This document shows, piece by piece, positions 1-8,302 of a stretch of DNA of 64,000 nucleotides. Position numbers and translations under genes: made by a program. Source of the stretch: an uncultured Clostridia bacterium (GTDB taxonomy: Bacteria > Bacillota > Clostridia > TANB77 > CAG-508); contig CANQXY010000002.1 of the NCBI GenBank assembly GCA_947627935.1, positions 2,630 to 66,629 of the forward strand. The letters are read 5' to 3'. Within the stretch, counting starts at the first letter, position 1. Each line of letters starts with the position of its first letter. The notes under the pieces were generated by a model. It did no database searches and was not told the origin of the DNA. It saw only the letters and a list, made by a program, of their open reading frames with translations.

Positions 1-50
1 GAAATATAATTAAATAATAATTGCTATTTAAAAATTTAAGATATTTAATA

Positions 51-78
51 TTGACTATTTTAATATACTTGATATAAA
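51..78 (+). promoter_or_regulatory. sigma-A-type promoter candidate for the gtrA-like gene (TTGACT, 16-nt spacer, TGaTATAAA extended -10)
   Basis: TTGACT at 51-56. TG at 70-71 and TATAAA at 73-78. The ATG follows at 121. Confidence 0.45.
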
Positions 79-120
79 ATACATTTATTATATTATAAAT
101 AAATTAAGGGTAAAAATAAG

Positions 121-552
121 ATGAAAAAAATAATTGAATTAACAAAAACATTATTTAATAAATATAAAGAAATAATAATGTATGGAATAATGGGTGTATT
201 AACAACAATTGTTAATATTATAGTCTTTGCTATATGTGAAAAAATAATTGGTATTAATGCATTAGTAAGTAATGTAATAGCTTGGATAGTTTCTGTAATA
301 TTTGCATATATAACTAATAAATTATTTGTTTTTGAAAGTAAAAGTTTTAAAAAAGAAATACTTATAAAAGAGATAATATCTTTTACATCAGCTAGAATTT
401 TTTCTCTACTTTTAGAAGAAGTTATAATATATGTTATGATAGATATAATGAATATAAATTCTTTAATTGTAAAAGTATTTTCAAATATAGTTGTTATAGT
501 AGTAAACTATATTTTAAGTAAGTTAGTTATTTTTAAGAAAAAAGATAAATAA
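121..552 (+). CDS. GtrA family membrane protein
   Basis: 143-aa ORF with four hydrophobic helices. GtrA-like pattern (AWIVSVIFAYITNKLFVF ... NYILSKLVIF). Purine-rich RBS upstream. Confidence 0.8.
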   Translation: MKKIIELTKTLFNKYKEIIMYGIMGVLTTIVNIIVFAICEKIIGINALVSNVIAWIVSVIFAYITNKLFVFESKSFKKEILIKEIISFTSARIFSLLLEEVIIYVMIDIMNINSLIVKVFSNIVVIVVNYILSKLVIFKKKDK

Positions 553-557
553 CAAGT

Positions 558-592
558 AAAATGCAATTGAGTATATCAATTGCATTTTTTTT
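558..592. terminator. Rho-independent terminator, bidirectional hairpin
   Basis: The stem atgcaattga (561-570) pairs with tcaattgcat (576-585), followed by a T-run. It lies between convergent genes. Confidence 0.7.
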
Positions 593-599
593 GGATTAA

Positions 600-716
600 T
601 TAGCAACAACCTTTGTTACCACCGCAACAGCAGCAAATTAAGATTATAAGAATTATTATCCAGCAGCAGTCATCACCAAAACCGAAACCGCAACCACATC
701 CTCTGTTCTCAGGCAT
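600..716 (-). CDS. 38-aa cysteine-rich single-helix mini-protein (MPENRGCGCGFGFGDDCCWIIILIILICCCCGGNKGCC)
   Basis: Hand-translated minus-strand ORF, below the 60-aa cut-off of the ORF track. RBS aaaggggg lies about 8 nt upstream of the ATG at 716. A paralogue sits 41 nt upstream. Confidence 0.6.
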   Translation of the reverse strand: MPENRGCGCGFGFGDDCCWIIILIILICCCCGGNKGCC

Positions 717-757
717 AATATAACCCCCTTTCGAAAAATGAATTATTCTTTTCAAAA

Positions 758-868
758 TTAGCAACAAGAATTGTTATTGTTACAACATCCTCTATTGCCA
801 CAACCACCACAGAAAAGAAGTAAGAAAAGAATAATGAACCAAAGAATTTCATCATTACAGCAACACAT
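758..868 (-). CDS. 36-aa cysteine-rich single-helix mini-protein (MCCCNDEILWFIILFLLLFCGGCGNRGCCNNNNSCC)
   Basis: Hand-translated minus-strand ORF. RBS aaggagg lies 9 nt upstream of the ATG at 868. Same architecture as the 600-716 ORF. Confidence 0.6.
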   Translation of the reverse strand: MCCCNDEILWFIILFLLLFCGGCGNRGCCNNNNSCC

Positions 869-1048
869 AAGTAAGTACCTCCTTGAAAAAAGAATATTTA
901 AGCTTTATCTTTTGTTATTCCTTTGTATGATATATAATATGGTAGGCATAAAATTTTTGTTACAAATTTTCCGAAAAGTCTATACAAAATAAAAAAAGTA
1001 ATGATATAATTTAAAAAATTGTACTAATGTGAAAATTGGAGGAAAAAT

Positions 1049-3184
1049 ATGGGGAATATAGTCTTATTAGATGAGTTAACAATAAATAAAATAGCTGCAG
1101 GGGAAGTTATAGAAAGGCCAGCTTCTGTAATAAAAGAAATGATAGAAAACTCAATAGATGCAGGTGCAAAGAAAATTACTGTAGAAATAAAAAATGGGGG
1201 TATATCTTATATAAAAGTTACTGATGATGGAAAAGGAATTGCAAGTGATGATTTAGAAATTGCATTTGAAAGACATGCAACAAGTAAGATAAGATCTGCA
1301 GATGACTTAGATAAAATAACATCTATGGGTTTTAGAGGAGAGGCATTAGCAAGTATAGCTGCAATATCAAATGTTGAATTAATATCAAAAACAGAAGACC
1401 AAGATACAGGTTATAAAGTAGTAGTAGAAGGTGGAGATATTTTAGAAAAAGGAGAAGTAGGTTCTCCAACTGGTACAAGTATTACTGTTAGAAATTTATT
1501 TTTTAATACACCAGTAAGATATAAATTTTTAAAAAAAGATTACACAGAATCTGGATATATAGAAGATGTAGTTACAAGAATAGCATTAGTAAATCCAGAA
1601 ATTTCTTTTAAATTAATAAATACAGGTAAAACTATAATTCAAACTAATGGAAATGGAGACTTAAAAAGTGTTATATATAGTATTTATGGAAAAGATATTT
1701 CAGATGGAATAGTTGAAGTAAATTATAATTATGAAGATATAAATGTAAGTGGTGTTGTAGGAAAACCAGAAATTGCAAGATCTAATAGAACAAATCAACT
1801 ATTTTTCGTAAATAAAAGATATATAAAAGATAAAACATTATCATCAGCTGCAGAACAAGCATTTAAAGGAATGCTTCCTATTGGAAAGTTTGGATTTTTA
1901 ATTTTAAATTTAAATATTAATCCTAGTAAAGTTGATGTAAACGTACATCCAGCTAAATTAGAAGTTAGATTTGAAGAAGAAAATAAAGTGTTTAAAGCAT
2001 TATATCATTCTATAAAAGATACATTATTAAAATCAGAATTAGTAGAAAATACTTCTAAAGAAAAGCAAGATGATGAAACATCTGATGAGACTAAACAAAT
2101 TGAAACTCAACCTATAGATGAAAAAAAGGACGAGCCATCAGGATTATTTAAAAAAGCTGAACAAATAAATATAAAAAATATAAAAGAAAATGTAGGATCT
2201 GCTGCAGTACAAGGAGGAATGCCAGCTGCAACTGAAAGTATATTAAATCAATTAAAAGAATTACAAGAAAAACTAAAAAAAGAAACAGAAGAAGCTAAAG
2301 TAAAAGAAGAAAAACAATTACAAGAAGATAAAGATGAGAATCTTGAAGAAACTAAAGTAATAAACTTTGATGAAACACAAAAAATTACACAAAATGAAGA
2401 ATTTAAAAAATTAAAAGAACAAATAGATATGTTAAGAAAATCAGAAGAAATTGATACAGCAGATTTTGATGAAATGTACGCAAAAACATTTGGAAACAGA
2501 CCAATAAGTAATGATGAAAAATTAAAAGAAGATGAAAATAATGCTGCTGATATTTTAGAAAATACTGAAAACGTATCTGTATTTGAAGAAATAGAAGAAT
2601 ATAAAAAGCCAACATATAAATTTATTGGTATAGTATTTAATACATATATAATACTTGAAATGGATAAAGAAATGTACATTTTAGACCAACATGCAGCACA
2701 TGAGAGAATTATGTATGAAAAAGTAAAGAAAAATTATTATAGTGATACAGATAAAGATTCACAAATGTTACTTTTACCAGATGTTATAACACTAACACAT
2801 AAAGAAATGGATATTGCTAAAGAAAATATGGAAATGTTTGAAAAAGCTGGATTTACATTAGAAGAATTTGGAGAAAATACTATAAAATTATCAGGTGTTC
2901 CAACAATTTGTGTAGATTTAGATACTAAAGAATTATTTTTAGAAACTTTAGATGAAATAAATACAGTTGCAAGAACAGCAAAACAAGAAAAAGAAGAAAA
3001 ATTTATTGCTACTGTTGCTTGCAAAGCTGCAGTTAAAGCAAATATGGTATTAACAAAAGAAGAAGTAGATAGCTTAATGGATAAATTATTACAACTTCCA
3101 AATCCATTTACATGTCCACATGGAAGACCAACAGTTATTAAGATGACAAAATATGATATAGAAAGAAAATTTGCAAGAAAATAG
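1049..3184 (+). CDS. mutL: DNA mismatch repair protein MutL
   Basis: GHKL ATPase N-terminus (ELTINKIAAGEVIERPASVIKEMIENSIDAG, GFRGEALASI). C-terminal dimerisation/endonuclease domain (DQHAAHERI, FTCPHGRP). Long Lys/Glu-rich linker. RBS ggagg. Confidence 0.97.
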   Translation: MGNIVLLDELTINKIAAGEVIERPASVIKEMIENSIDAGAKKITVEIKNGGISYIKVTDDGKGIASDDLEIAFERHATSKIRSADDLDKITSMGFRGEALASIAAISNVELISKTEDQDTGYKVVVEGGDILEKGEVGSPTGTSITVRNLFFNTPVRYKFLKKDYTESGYIEDVVTRIALVNPEISFKLINTGKTIIQTNGNGDLKSVIYSIYGKDISDGIVEVNYNYEDINVSGVVGKPEIARSNRTNQLFFVNKRYIKDKTLSSAAEQAFKGMLPIGKFGFLILNLNINPSKVDVNVHPAKLEVRFEEENKVFKALYHSIKDTLLKSELVENTSKEKQDDETSDETKQIETQPIDEKKDEPSGLFKKAEQINIKNIKENVGSAAVQGGMPAATESILNQLKELQEKLKKETEEAKVKEEKQLQEDKDENLEETKVINFDETQKITQNEEFKKLKEQIDMLRKSEEIDTADFDEMYAKTFGNRPISNDEKLKEDENNAADILENTENVSVFEEIEEYKKPTYKFIGIVFNTYIILEMDKEMYILDQHAAHERIMYEKVKKNYYSDTDKDSQMLLLPDVITLTHKEMDIAKENMEMFEKAGFTLEEFGENTIKLSGVPTICVDLDTKELFLETLDEINTVARTAKQEKEEKFIATVACKAAVKANMVLTKEEVDSLMDKLLQLPNPFTCPHGRPTVIKMTKYDIERKFARK

Positions 3185-3196
3185 GAAAGAAGAAAA

Positions 3197-3628
3197 ATGA
3201 TAGTTATAATAACAATTGTTACAATAGTATTATTTGCAGTGTTAATAGGATACACATGGCATAGATTAGATACATTAGAAAAACATATTAAAATTATATA
3301 CATATTAATAGGATTAGTGATTATTTCTGCAATAACATTTGTAATATTTAATATTTCTTCAATTGGTATACAATATGAGAAAACAGAAATAAAAAATGAT
3401 ATTAGGATAATGTTAGTATTAGTGTTTACACCACTTAATGCTCTAATTACGATGCCATCATTTGCGAAAATACTTGCAAAGATAAATAATAATGATATAG
3501 AAAAAAATGAAGTACCATTAAAAATTGGATTAATATTATTTATTTTTATTTTAATTATATTAATAGAAATTAGTTATTTAAAAAATATTCAATTAGGTAT
3601 TATTGAAATTTATCATAAGTTAAAATAA
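3197..3628 (+). CDS. hypothetical membrane protein
   Basis: 143-aa ORF with four hydrophobic segments, tightly packed between mutL and miaA. No recognisable family. Confidence 0.6.
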   Translation: MIVIITIVTIVLFAVLIGYTWHRLDTLEKHIKIIYILIGLVIISAITFVIFNISSIGIQYEKTEIKNDIRIMLVLVFTPLNALITMPSFAKILAKINNNDIEKNEVPLKIGLILFIFILIILIEISYLKNIQLGIIEIYHKLK

Positions 3629-3638
3629 GGAGATAAAA

Positions 3639-4559
3639 ATGCAAAAACCAAAAGTTATAGTAATTTGTGGACCAACTGCATCAGGAAAAACAGCATTATC
3701 AATTGAACTTGCTAAGAAAATAGATGGGCAAATTGTATCTTGTGATTCAATGCAAATATACAAAGATATGACAATTGGAACTGCTAAGCCAGATGAAGAA
3801 GAAAAACAAGGAATAAAGCATTATGTAATGGATTTTATATCTCCTGATCAAAGATATAGTGTTGCAGATTTTAAAAAAGATGCAACAGAAGCTATAGAAG
3901 AAATTTTAAGTAATGGAAAGACACCTATTGTTGTTGGAGGTACGGGCCTTTACATAGATAGTTTAATATATGGAATAGAATATGAAGATATAAATTTAGA
4001 TGAAGAATATAGAAAACAGTTAGAAGAAAAAATAAAAATTGAAGGGTTACAATCATTATATAATCAGGCTAAAAAAATAGATCCAAAAGCAATAGAAAAA
4101 ATAAGCCCAAATGATAAAAAAAGAATAATGAGAATACTAGAAATATATAAAGCAACTGGTAAAACAAAAACAGAACAAGAAATTGAATCAAGAAAAAATG
4201 AAGTAAAATATGATTATAGAGTTTTTGCTATAAACATGGAAAGAGAAATTCTTTATGAAAGAATAAACAAAAGAGTAGATATAATGATTGAAAAAGGGTT
4301 AATACAAGAAGTGGAACAATTAAGAAAAAAATATAACAAATTTCCAACAGCTATGCAAGGACTAGGATATAAGGAAGTAGTTAAATATTTAAATAATGAA
4401 TATAGCAAAGAAGAAATGATAGATACAATAAAACAAGAGACAAGGAGATATGCAAAAAGACAACTAACATGGTTTAGAAAAAATAAAAATACAATATGGC
4501 TTAATGGACTAGATAGTATACAAAATAATATAAATATTATTTTGGAGGGTATAAATTGA
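3639..4559 (+). CDS. miaA: tRNA dimethylallyltransferase MiaA
   Basis: P-loop GPTASGKT, then SCDSMQIYKDMTIGTAKP and VGGTGLYI motifs. Confidence 0.95.
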   Translation: MQKPKVIVICGPTASGKTALSIELAKKIDGQIVSCDSMQIYKDMTIGTAKPDEEEKQGIKHYVMDFISPDQRYSVADFKKDATEAIEEILSNGKTPIVVGGTGLYIDSLIYGIEYEDINLDEEYRKQLEEKIKIEGLQSLYNQAKKIDPKAIEKISPNDKKRIMRILEIYKATGKTKTEQEIESRKNEVKYDYRVFAINMEREILYERINKRVDIMIEKGLIQEVEQLRKKYNKFPTAMQGLGYKEVVKYLNNEYSKEEMIDTIKQETRRYAKRQLTWFRKNKNTIWLNGLDSIQNNINIILEGIN

Positions 4560-5824
4560 AAGAAAATAAGAAAAAAAGAAAAATTAATATTGGGTTATTA
4601 AAAAATAAAAAAGTATTGATGGTAATCTTATTTATTATATTTATGTACATATTATATGCAATTTATTTATTAATAAAAGATCCAACAGATGTATTTACTG
4701 TAGAAGAAGGAACTGTATCTCTAGAAGAAACTGCTGTTGGATATGTTATAAGAAATGAAACAGTAATAAAGGGTCAAAATTATAAAAATGGAATGATACA
4801 AATAGCATCAGAAGGACAAAGAGTAGCTAAAGGAGAAAATGTTTTTAGGTATTATAGTAAAAACGAAAATAGCTTAGTAGAAAAAATACAAAAGTTAGAT
4901 GAAGAAATTCAATTAGCTCTATCAAATGAAACGGGTTTAGAGTCTTCACCAGACATAAAACAGATAGAAAAAGAAATTGATGAAAAAACAGAAGAATTAA
5001 GTAATTTAACTGATATACAAAAAATAGAAGAATATAAAAAACAAGTGTCAAAACTTATAACAAAAAAAGCTGAAATGGTAGGAGATTTAAGTGCATCAGG
5101 ATCATATATTAAGAAATTAATTAAAGAAAGAAGCGAGTATGAGAATGAACTAAATTCTGGTGCTGAATATATTACAGCTTCAGAAAGTGGAATGATATCA
5201 TATAAAGTAGATGGACTAGAAGATGTACTTACTCCAAAAGATTTTAGTAATATAACAAAACAAAAACTAGAAGAACTTAATTTAAAAACAGGGAAAATTA
5301 TTGCTAGTAGTGAAGAATCAGGAAAAATAATTAACAATTTTGAATGCTACATAGCTACAATTATAAATAATAGACAAGATGAACAAATTGAAGTAGGAAA
5401 AACTGCAAAACTTAGATTATCAGATGGAAAAGAAATTGACACAGAGGTTTCATATATAAGCAAAGAAGATAATGACAATGAATTATTAGTAATATTTAAA
5501 TTAGATCAATTGACAGAAGATTTAATAAATTATAGAAAAATTTCTTTTGATATAATATGGTGGAGTTATTCTGGACTAAAGGTTCCAAATCAGGCAATAG
5601 CAGAAGAAAATGGAAAAAAATATGTTATAAGAAATAGAGCTGGATATTTAAATAGATTGTTAATAGATGTTTTAAAACAAAATGATAAATATTCAATAGT
5701 TACTACATATACTCCAGAAGAACTTAAAAAATTGGGCTATACAAATTCAGAAATTAATTCATACAAAAAGATTACAATATATGATGAAATATTGTTAAAC
5801 CCAGATTTAGAAAAAGTTAAATAA
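4556..5824 (+). CDS. membrane-anchored coiled-coil protein, HlyD / membrane-fusion-protein-like
   Basis: TTG start with RBS ggaggg. N-terminal TM helix. Barrel-sandwich-like segments flank a long coiled coil. Family call made by eye only. Confidence 0.55.
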   Translation: MKENKKKRKINIGLLKNKKVLMVILFIIFMYILYAIYLLIKDPTDVFTVEEGTVSLEETAVGYVIRNETVIKGQNYKNGMIQIASEGQRVAKGENVFRYYSKNENSLVEKIQKLDEEIQLALSNETGLESSPDIKQIEKEIDEKTEELSNLTDIQKIEEYKKQVSKLITKKAEMVGDLSASGSYIKKLIKERSEYENELNSGAEYITASESGMISYKVDGLEDVLTPKDFSNITKQKLEELNLKTGKIIASSEESGKIINNFECYIATIINNRQDEQIEVGKTAKLRLSDGKEIDTEVSYISKEDNDNELLVIFKLDQLTEDLINYRKISFDIIWWSYSGLKVPNQAIAEENGKKYVIRNRAGYLNRLLIDVLKQNDKYSIVTTYTPEELKKLGYTNSEINSYKKITIYDEILLNPDLEKVK

Positions 5825-5826
5825 AT

Positions 5827-5843
5827 ATTACAAAAATATTACA
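5827..5843 (-). promoter_or_regulatory. WalR-type direct repeat TGTAAT-N5-TGTAAT (read on the minus strand)
   Basis: The plus strand reads ATTACAaaaatATTACA, with hexamers at 5827-5832 and 5838-5843 (11-bp phasing). It lies 36 nt upstream of a TTGACA at 5879 preceding sepF. Confidence 0.35.
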
Positions 5844-5953
5844 AATTTATTAAATTTGAATAACAATTTAAAAAAGTATTGACAATATTAAAAAAAAGAT
5901 AGATACTTATAGCATATTAAAACAAAAGTAAAGAAATTTAGGAGGTTTTTTAA

Positions 5954-6418
5954 ATGTCAGGAGCAATAATGGATAAAGTATGGGGATTATTTGGAATGGA
6001 TTCAGCTGAACCAGAAGAAGATGATTATGAAGATGGATATGAATATGAAGAAGAAGAAAATGAAGAGATAGAAGAAAGAGGCTTATTTGGTAGAAAAAAA
6101 GTTGTACCAATGCCACAATCTCAATCTATAAAAATGGTTATATCACAACCAACTACATTTGAACAATCAGAAGAGATTTGTAATTTATTGAAAGAAAAGA
6201 AATCTGTAATTGTTAATTTAGAATACGTTAACAAAGATGTTGCAAGAAGAATTATTGACTTTATAAGTGGTGGTGTTCATGCATTAGATGGACATATTCA
6301 AAAAGTATCAAATTCAATATTCTTAATTGCGCCAGTAAATTATGAAATTACAAATGAAATGGCAAGAGAAGAAATGAAAAGTAAACTTTCTGTATCTTGG
6401 CTTAAAAACAATGGGTAA
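5954..6418 (+). CDS. sepF: cell division protein SepF
   Basis: Acidic N-terminal linker plus conserved SepF core (VISQPTTFEQSEEICNLLKEKKSVIVNLE ... IFLIAPVNYEI). RBS aggagg. Confidence 0.9.
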   Translation: MSGAIMDKVWGLFGMDSAEPEEDDYEDGYEYEEEENEEIEERGLFGRKKVVPMPQSQSIKMVISQPTTFEQSEEICNLLKEKKSVIVNLEYVNKDVARRIIDFISGGVHALDGHIQKVSNSIFLIAPVNYEITNEMAREEMKSKLSVSWLKNNG

Positions 6419-6447
6419 TTAAATAACTAATTTAAGGAGGAAAAACT

Positions 6448-6897
6448 ATGATTACACCTCTTGATATAGAAAACAAAAAGTTTTCAAAACAAATGGTAAA
6501 TGGTTATTCTGTAGAAGAAGTAGATGATTTTCTAGATGAATTATCTGCTGATTATAGTAAAAATTATAAAGAAGTTACAGAACTAAAAGCAAAAGTTGAA
6601 GAACTAAATAATAGTTTAGTTCAATATAAATCTATAGAAGAAACTCTTCAAAGTACATTAGTTATGGCTCAAACAACTGCAGAAGATGTGAAAAATGTAG
6701 CAAAGCAACAAGCTGACCAAATAATAAATGATGCAAAATCAAGTGCTCAAAAAGAAGTAGATAATTTGGGACAAGAAATAATATTAAAGCAAAAAGAATT
6801 AGATGACATTAAAAAACAATTTGATATATATAAAGCAAAAATGGAATCATTATTAATATCACAATTGGAATTATTAAAAGATATTAAAGAAGATTAA
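6448..6897 (+). CDS. divIVA: DivIVA domain cell-division/septum-site protein
   Basis: N-terminus MITPLDIENKKFSKQMVNGYSVEEVDDFLDEL followed by a coiled coil. RBS aaggagg. Confidence 0.9.
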   Translation: MITPLDIENKKFSKQMVNGYSVEEVDDFLDELSADYSKNYKEVTELKAKVEELNNSLVQYKSIEETLQSTLVMAQTTAEDVKNVAKQQADQIINDAKSSAQKEVDNLGQEIILKQKELDDIKKQFDIYKAKMESLLISQLELLKDIKED

Positions 6898-6910
6898 TTA
6901 TTTAACAAAA

Positions 6911-6944
6911 GACTATTCTAAAAATACAAGAATAGTCTTTTTAT
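6911..6944 (+). terminator. Rho-independent terminator after divIVA
   Basis: gactattct (6911-6919) pairs with agaatagtc (6930-6938), followed by TTTTTAT. Confidence 0.7.
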
Positions 6945-7109
6945 AATTTATTGAAATTTAAAGGTTCACATTGACTTATTTGTAGAAAAATGTTACTAAG
7001 TATCCATAATATTACAAAACTATTAAATATATGTTACATTTGTATTAATACTATTGACTTTATTTAAAAAAAATATAAAATATATAATATAAATTAGAAA
7101 GGCTTAAAT

Positions 7110-7670
7110 ATGAGAATTATTAGTGGAACTGCAAGAGGAACAAAATTATATACTTTAGATGGTTTAGATACAAGGCCAACTTTAGATAGAGTTAAAGAAT
7201 CAGTATTTAATATATTACAACAAGATATAGAAGATTCAATATTTTTAGATTTATTTTCAGGAAGTGGTGCTATAGGACTTGAAGCTGCAAGCAGAGGCAC
7301 TAGAAAAAGTATATTATGTGATAATTCAAAATCAGCTATAGAAATAATAAAAAAAAATATAGTAAAAACACATTTAGAAGAAAAAGTAAGTGTTTACAAT
7401 ATTGATTTTGAAAATGCATTATATAAAATAAAACAAGATTATACTAAAATAGATATTGTGTATCTTGATCCACCGTATAAATCAGATTATGTAATAAAAT
7501 CATTAGAGTTGATGGATAAATTAAAGTTAATTAATAACAATACAAAAATAATTGTTGAAACTGATGAAGAAGATAAGATTATAAATAACTTAAACGAAAA
7601 TTTATTTAAAGTTATAAAAAGAAAAAAATATGGAAGAGCTATTATTTTATTTTTAGAATATACAAATTAA
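7110..7670 (+). CDS. rsmD: 16S rRNA (guanine966-N2)-methyltransferase RsmD
   Basis: MRIISGTARG..L...G..TRPT.DRVKE..FN, LDLFSGSGAIGLEAASRG and DPPY motifs. Confidence 0.92.
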   Translation: MRIISGTARGTKLYTLDGLDTRPTLDRVKESVFNILQQDIEDSIFLDLFSGSGAIGLEAASRGTRKSILCDNSKSAIEIIKKNIVKTHLEEKVSVYNIDFENALYKIKQDYTKIDIVYLDPPYKSDYVIKSLELMDKLKLINNNTKIIVETDEEDKIINNLNENLFKVIKRKKYGRAIILFLEYTN

Positions 7671-7710
7671 TTTAAACATAGTAAGCTATAAATCAGAAAG
7701 GGGTTAAACT

Positions 7711-8214
7711 ATGGAAATATTTACATTATTAGAGACATTAGAGGAAATTTTAGAAGGAAGCAAAAATTTACCATTTACTTCAAAAGGTATTGTAGACAAA
7801 GAAGAAATATTGGAAATTATAAAAGAAATTAGGTTAAAATTACCAGATGAGTTAAAACAAGCTAAATGGGTTAAAGAAGAAAGGCAAAGAATTTTATTAG
7901 AGGCTCAAAAAGAAGCAGATGGAATTGTAAAAGAAGCTGAAAATAGAATTATAGCTATGATTGATGAACATGAAATAACAAGAAAAGCATATGATCAAAA
8001 AACAGAAATAATAGAAACTGCAAATGAAATGTCTAGAGAAATATCAAAAGGAACTAAAGATTATGCAGATACTATTTTAGAAGGAACAGAACAAGTTGTA
8101 ACAGATACATTAACAAATTTAGAGAAGAATATGAGTGAAGCATTAAATTTAATGCAAATATCTTTAGAAGATACTTTAAAAACTATTCAAAACAGTAGAA
8201 AAGAATTAAAATAA
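7711..8214 (+). CDS. hypothetical coiled-coil protein (ATPase-subunit-b/H-like low-complexity helix)
   Basis: 167-aa ORF with RBS aaagggg, Glu/Lys-rich and helical. No catalytic motif recognised. Confidence 0.6.
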   Translation: MEIFTLLETLEEILEGSKNLPFTSKGIVDKEEILEIIKEIRLKLPDELKQAKWVKEERQRILLEAQKEADGIVKEAENRIIAMIDEHEITRKAYDQKTEIIETANEMSREISKGTKDYADTILEGTEQVVTDTLTNLEKNMSEALNLMQISLEDTLKTIQNSRKELK

Positions 8215-8221
8215 AAGCAAG

Positions 8222-8284
8222 AAGTCAGAAGTCAGAAGTCATAAATTAGATAAGATGATTTCTGAATCTGACTTATTTTTTATT
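8222..8284 (+). terminator. imperfect hairpin plus T-run (terminator candidate) built on a GAAGTCA x3 direct repeat
   Basis: aagtcaga(agtcat) pairs with (atgatttc)tgaatctgactt, followed by ATTTTTTATT. It overlaps the first ATG (8255) of the long ftsK ORF. Confidence 0.45.
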
Positions 8285-8302
8285 TATGAAAGGATTTTAC
8301 AA

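Noticed and set aside
771-992. 73-aa plus-strand ORF from the ORF track
   Set aside because: It has no RBS and odd composition. It is antisense to a convincing SD-preceded Cys-rich mini-gene (758-868) that has a paralogue next door.
2248-3303. Minus-strand ORFs inside mutL (2248-2679, 2403-2615, 2737-3303). Similar antisense ORFs lie in other genes, for example 4909-5337, 29408-29770, 29837-30280, 40789-41211, 44928-45371, 47075-47515 and 60328-60912.
   Set aside because: They are antisense to well-supported conserved genes, Ser/Phe/Leu/Ile-rich, low in complexity and lack an RBS. This is the typical mirror image of purine-rich AT-biased coding strands.
8255-8302. N-terminal 16 codons of the long ftsK ORF (start at 8255)
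   Set aside because: ATG 8255 lies inside the upstream terminator-like hairpin and has no RBS. ATG 8303 has a gaaagga box at proper spacing and gives a typical basic N-terminus, MAKRKYKRR.
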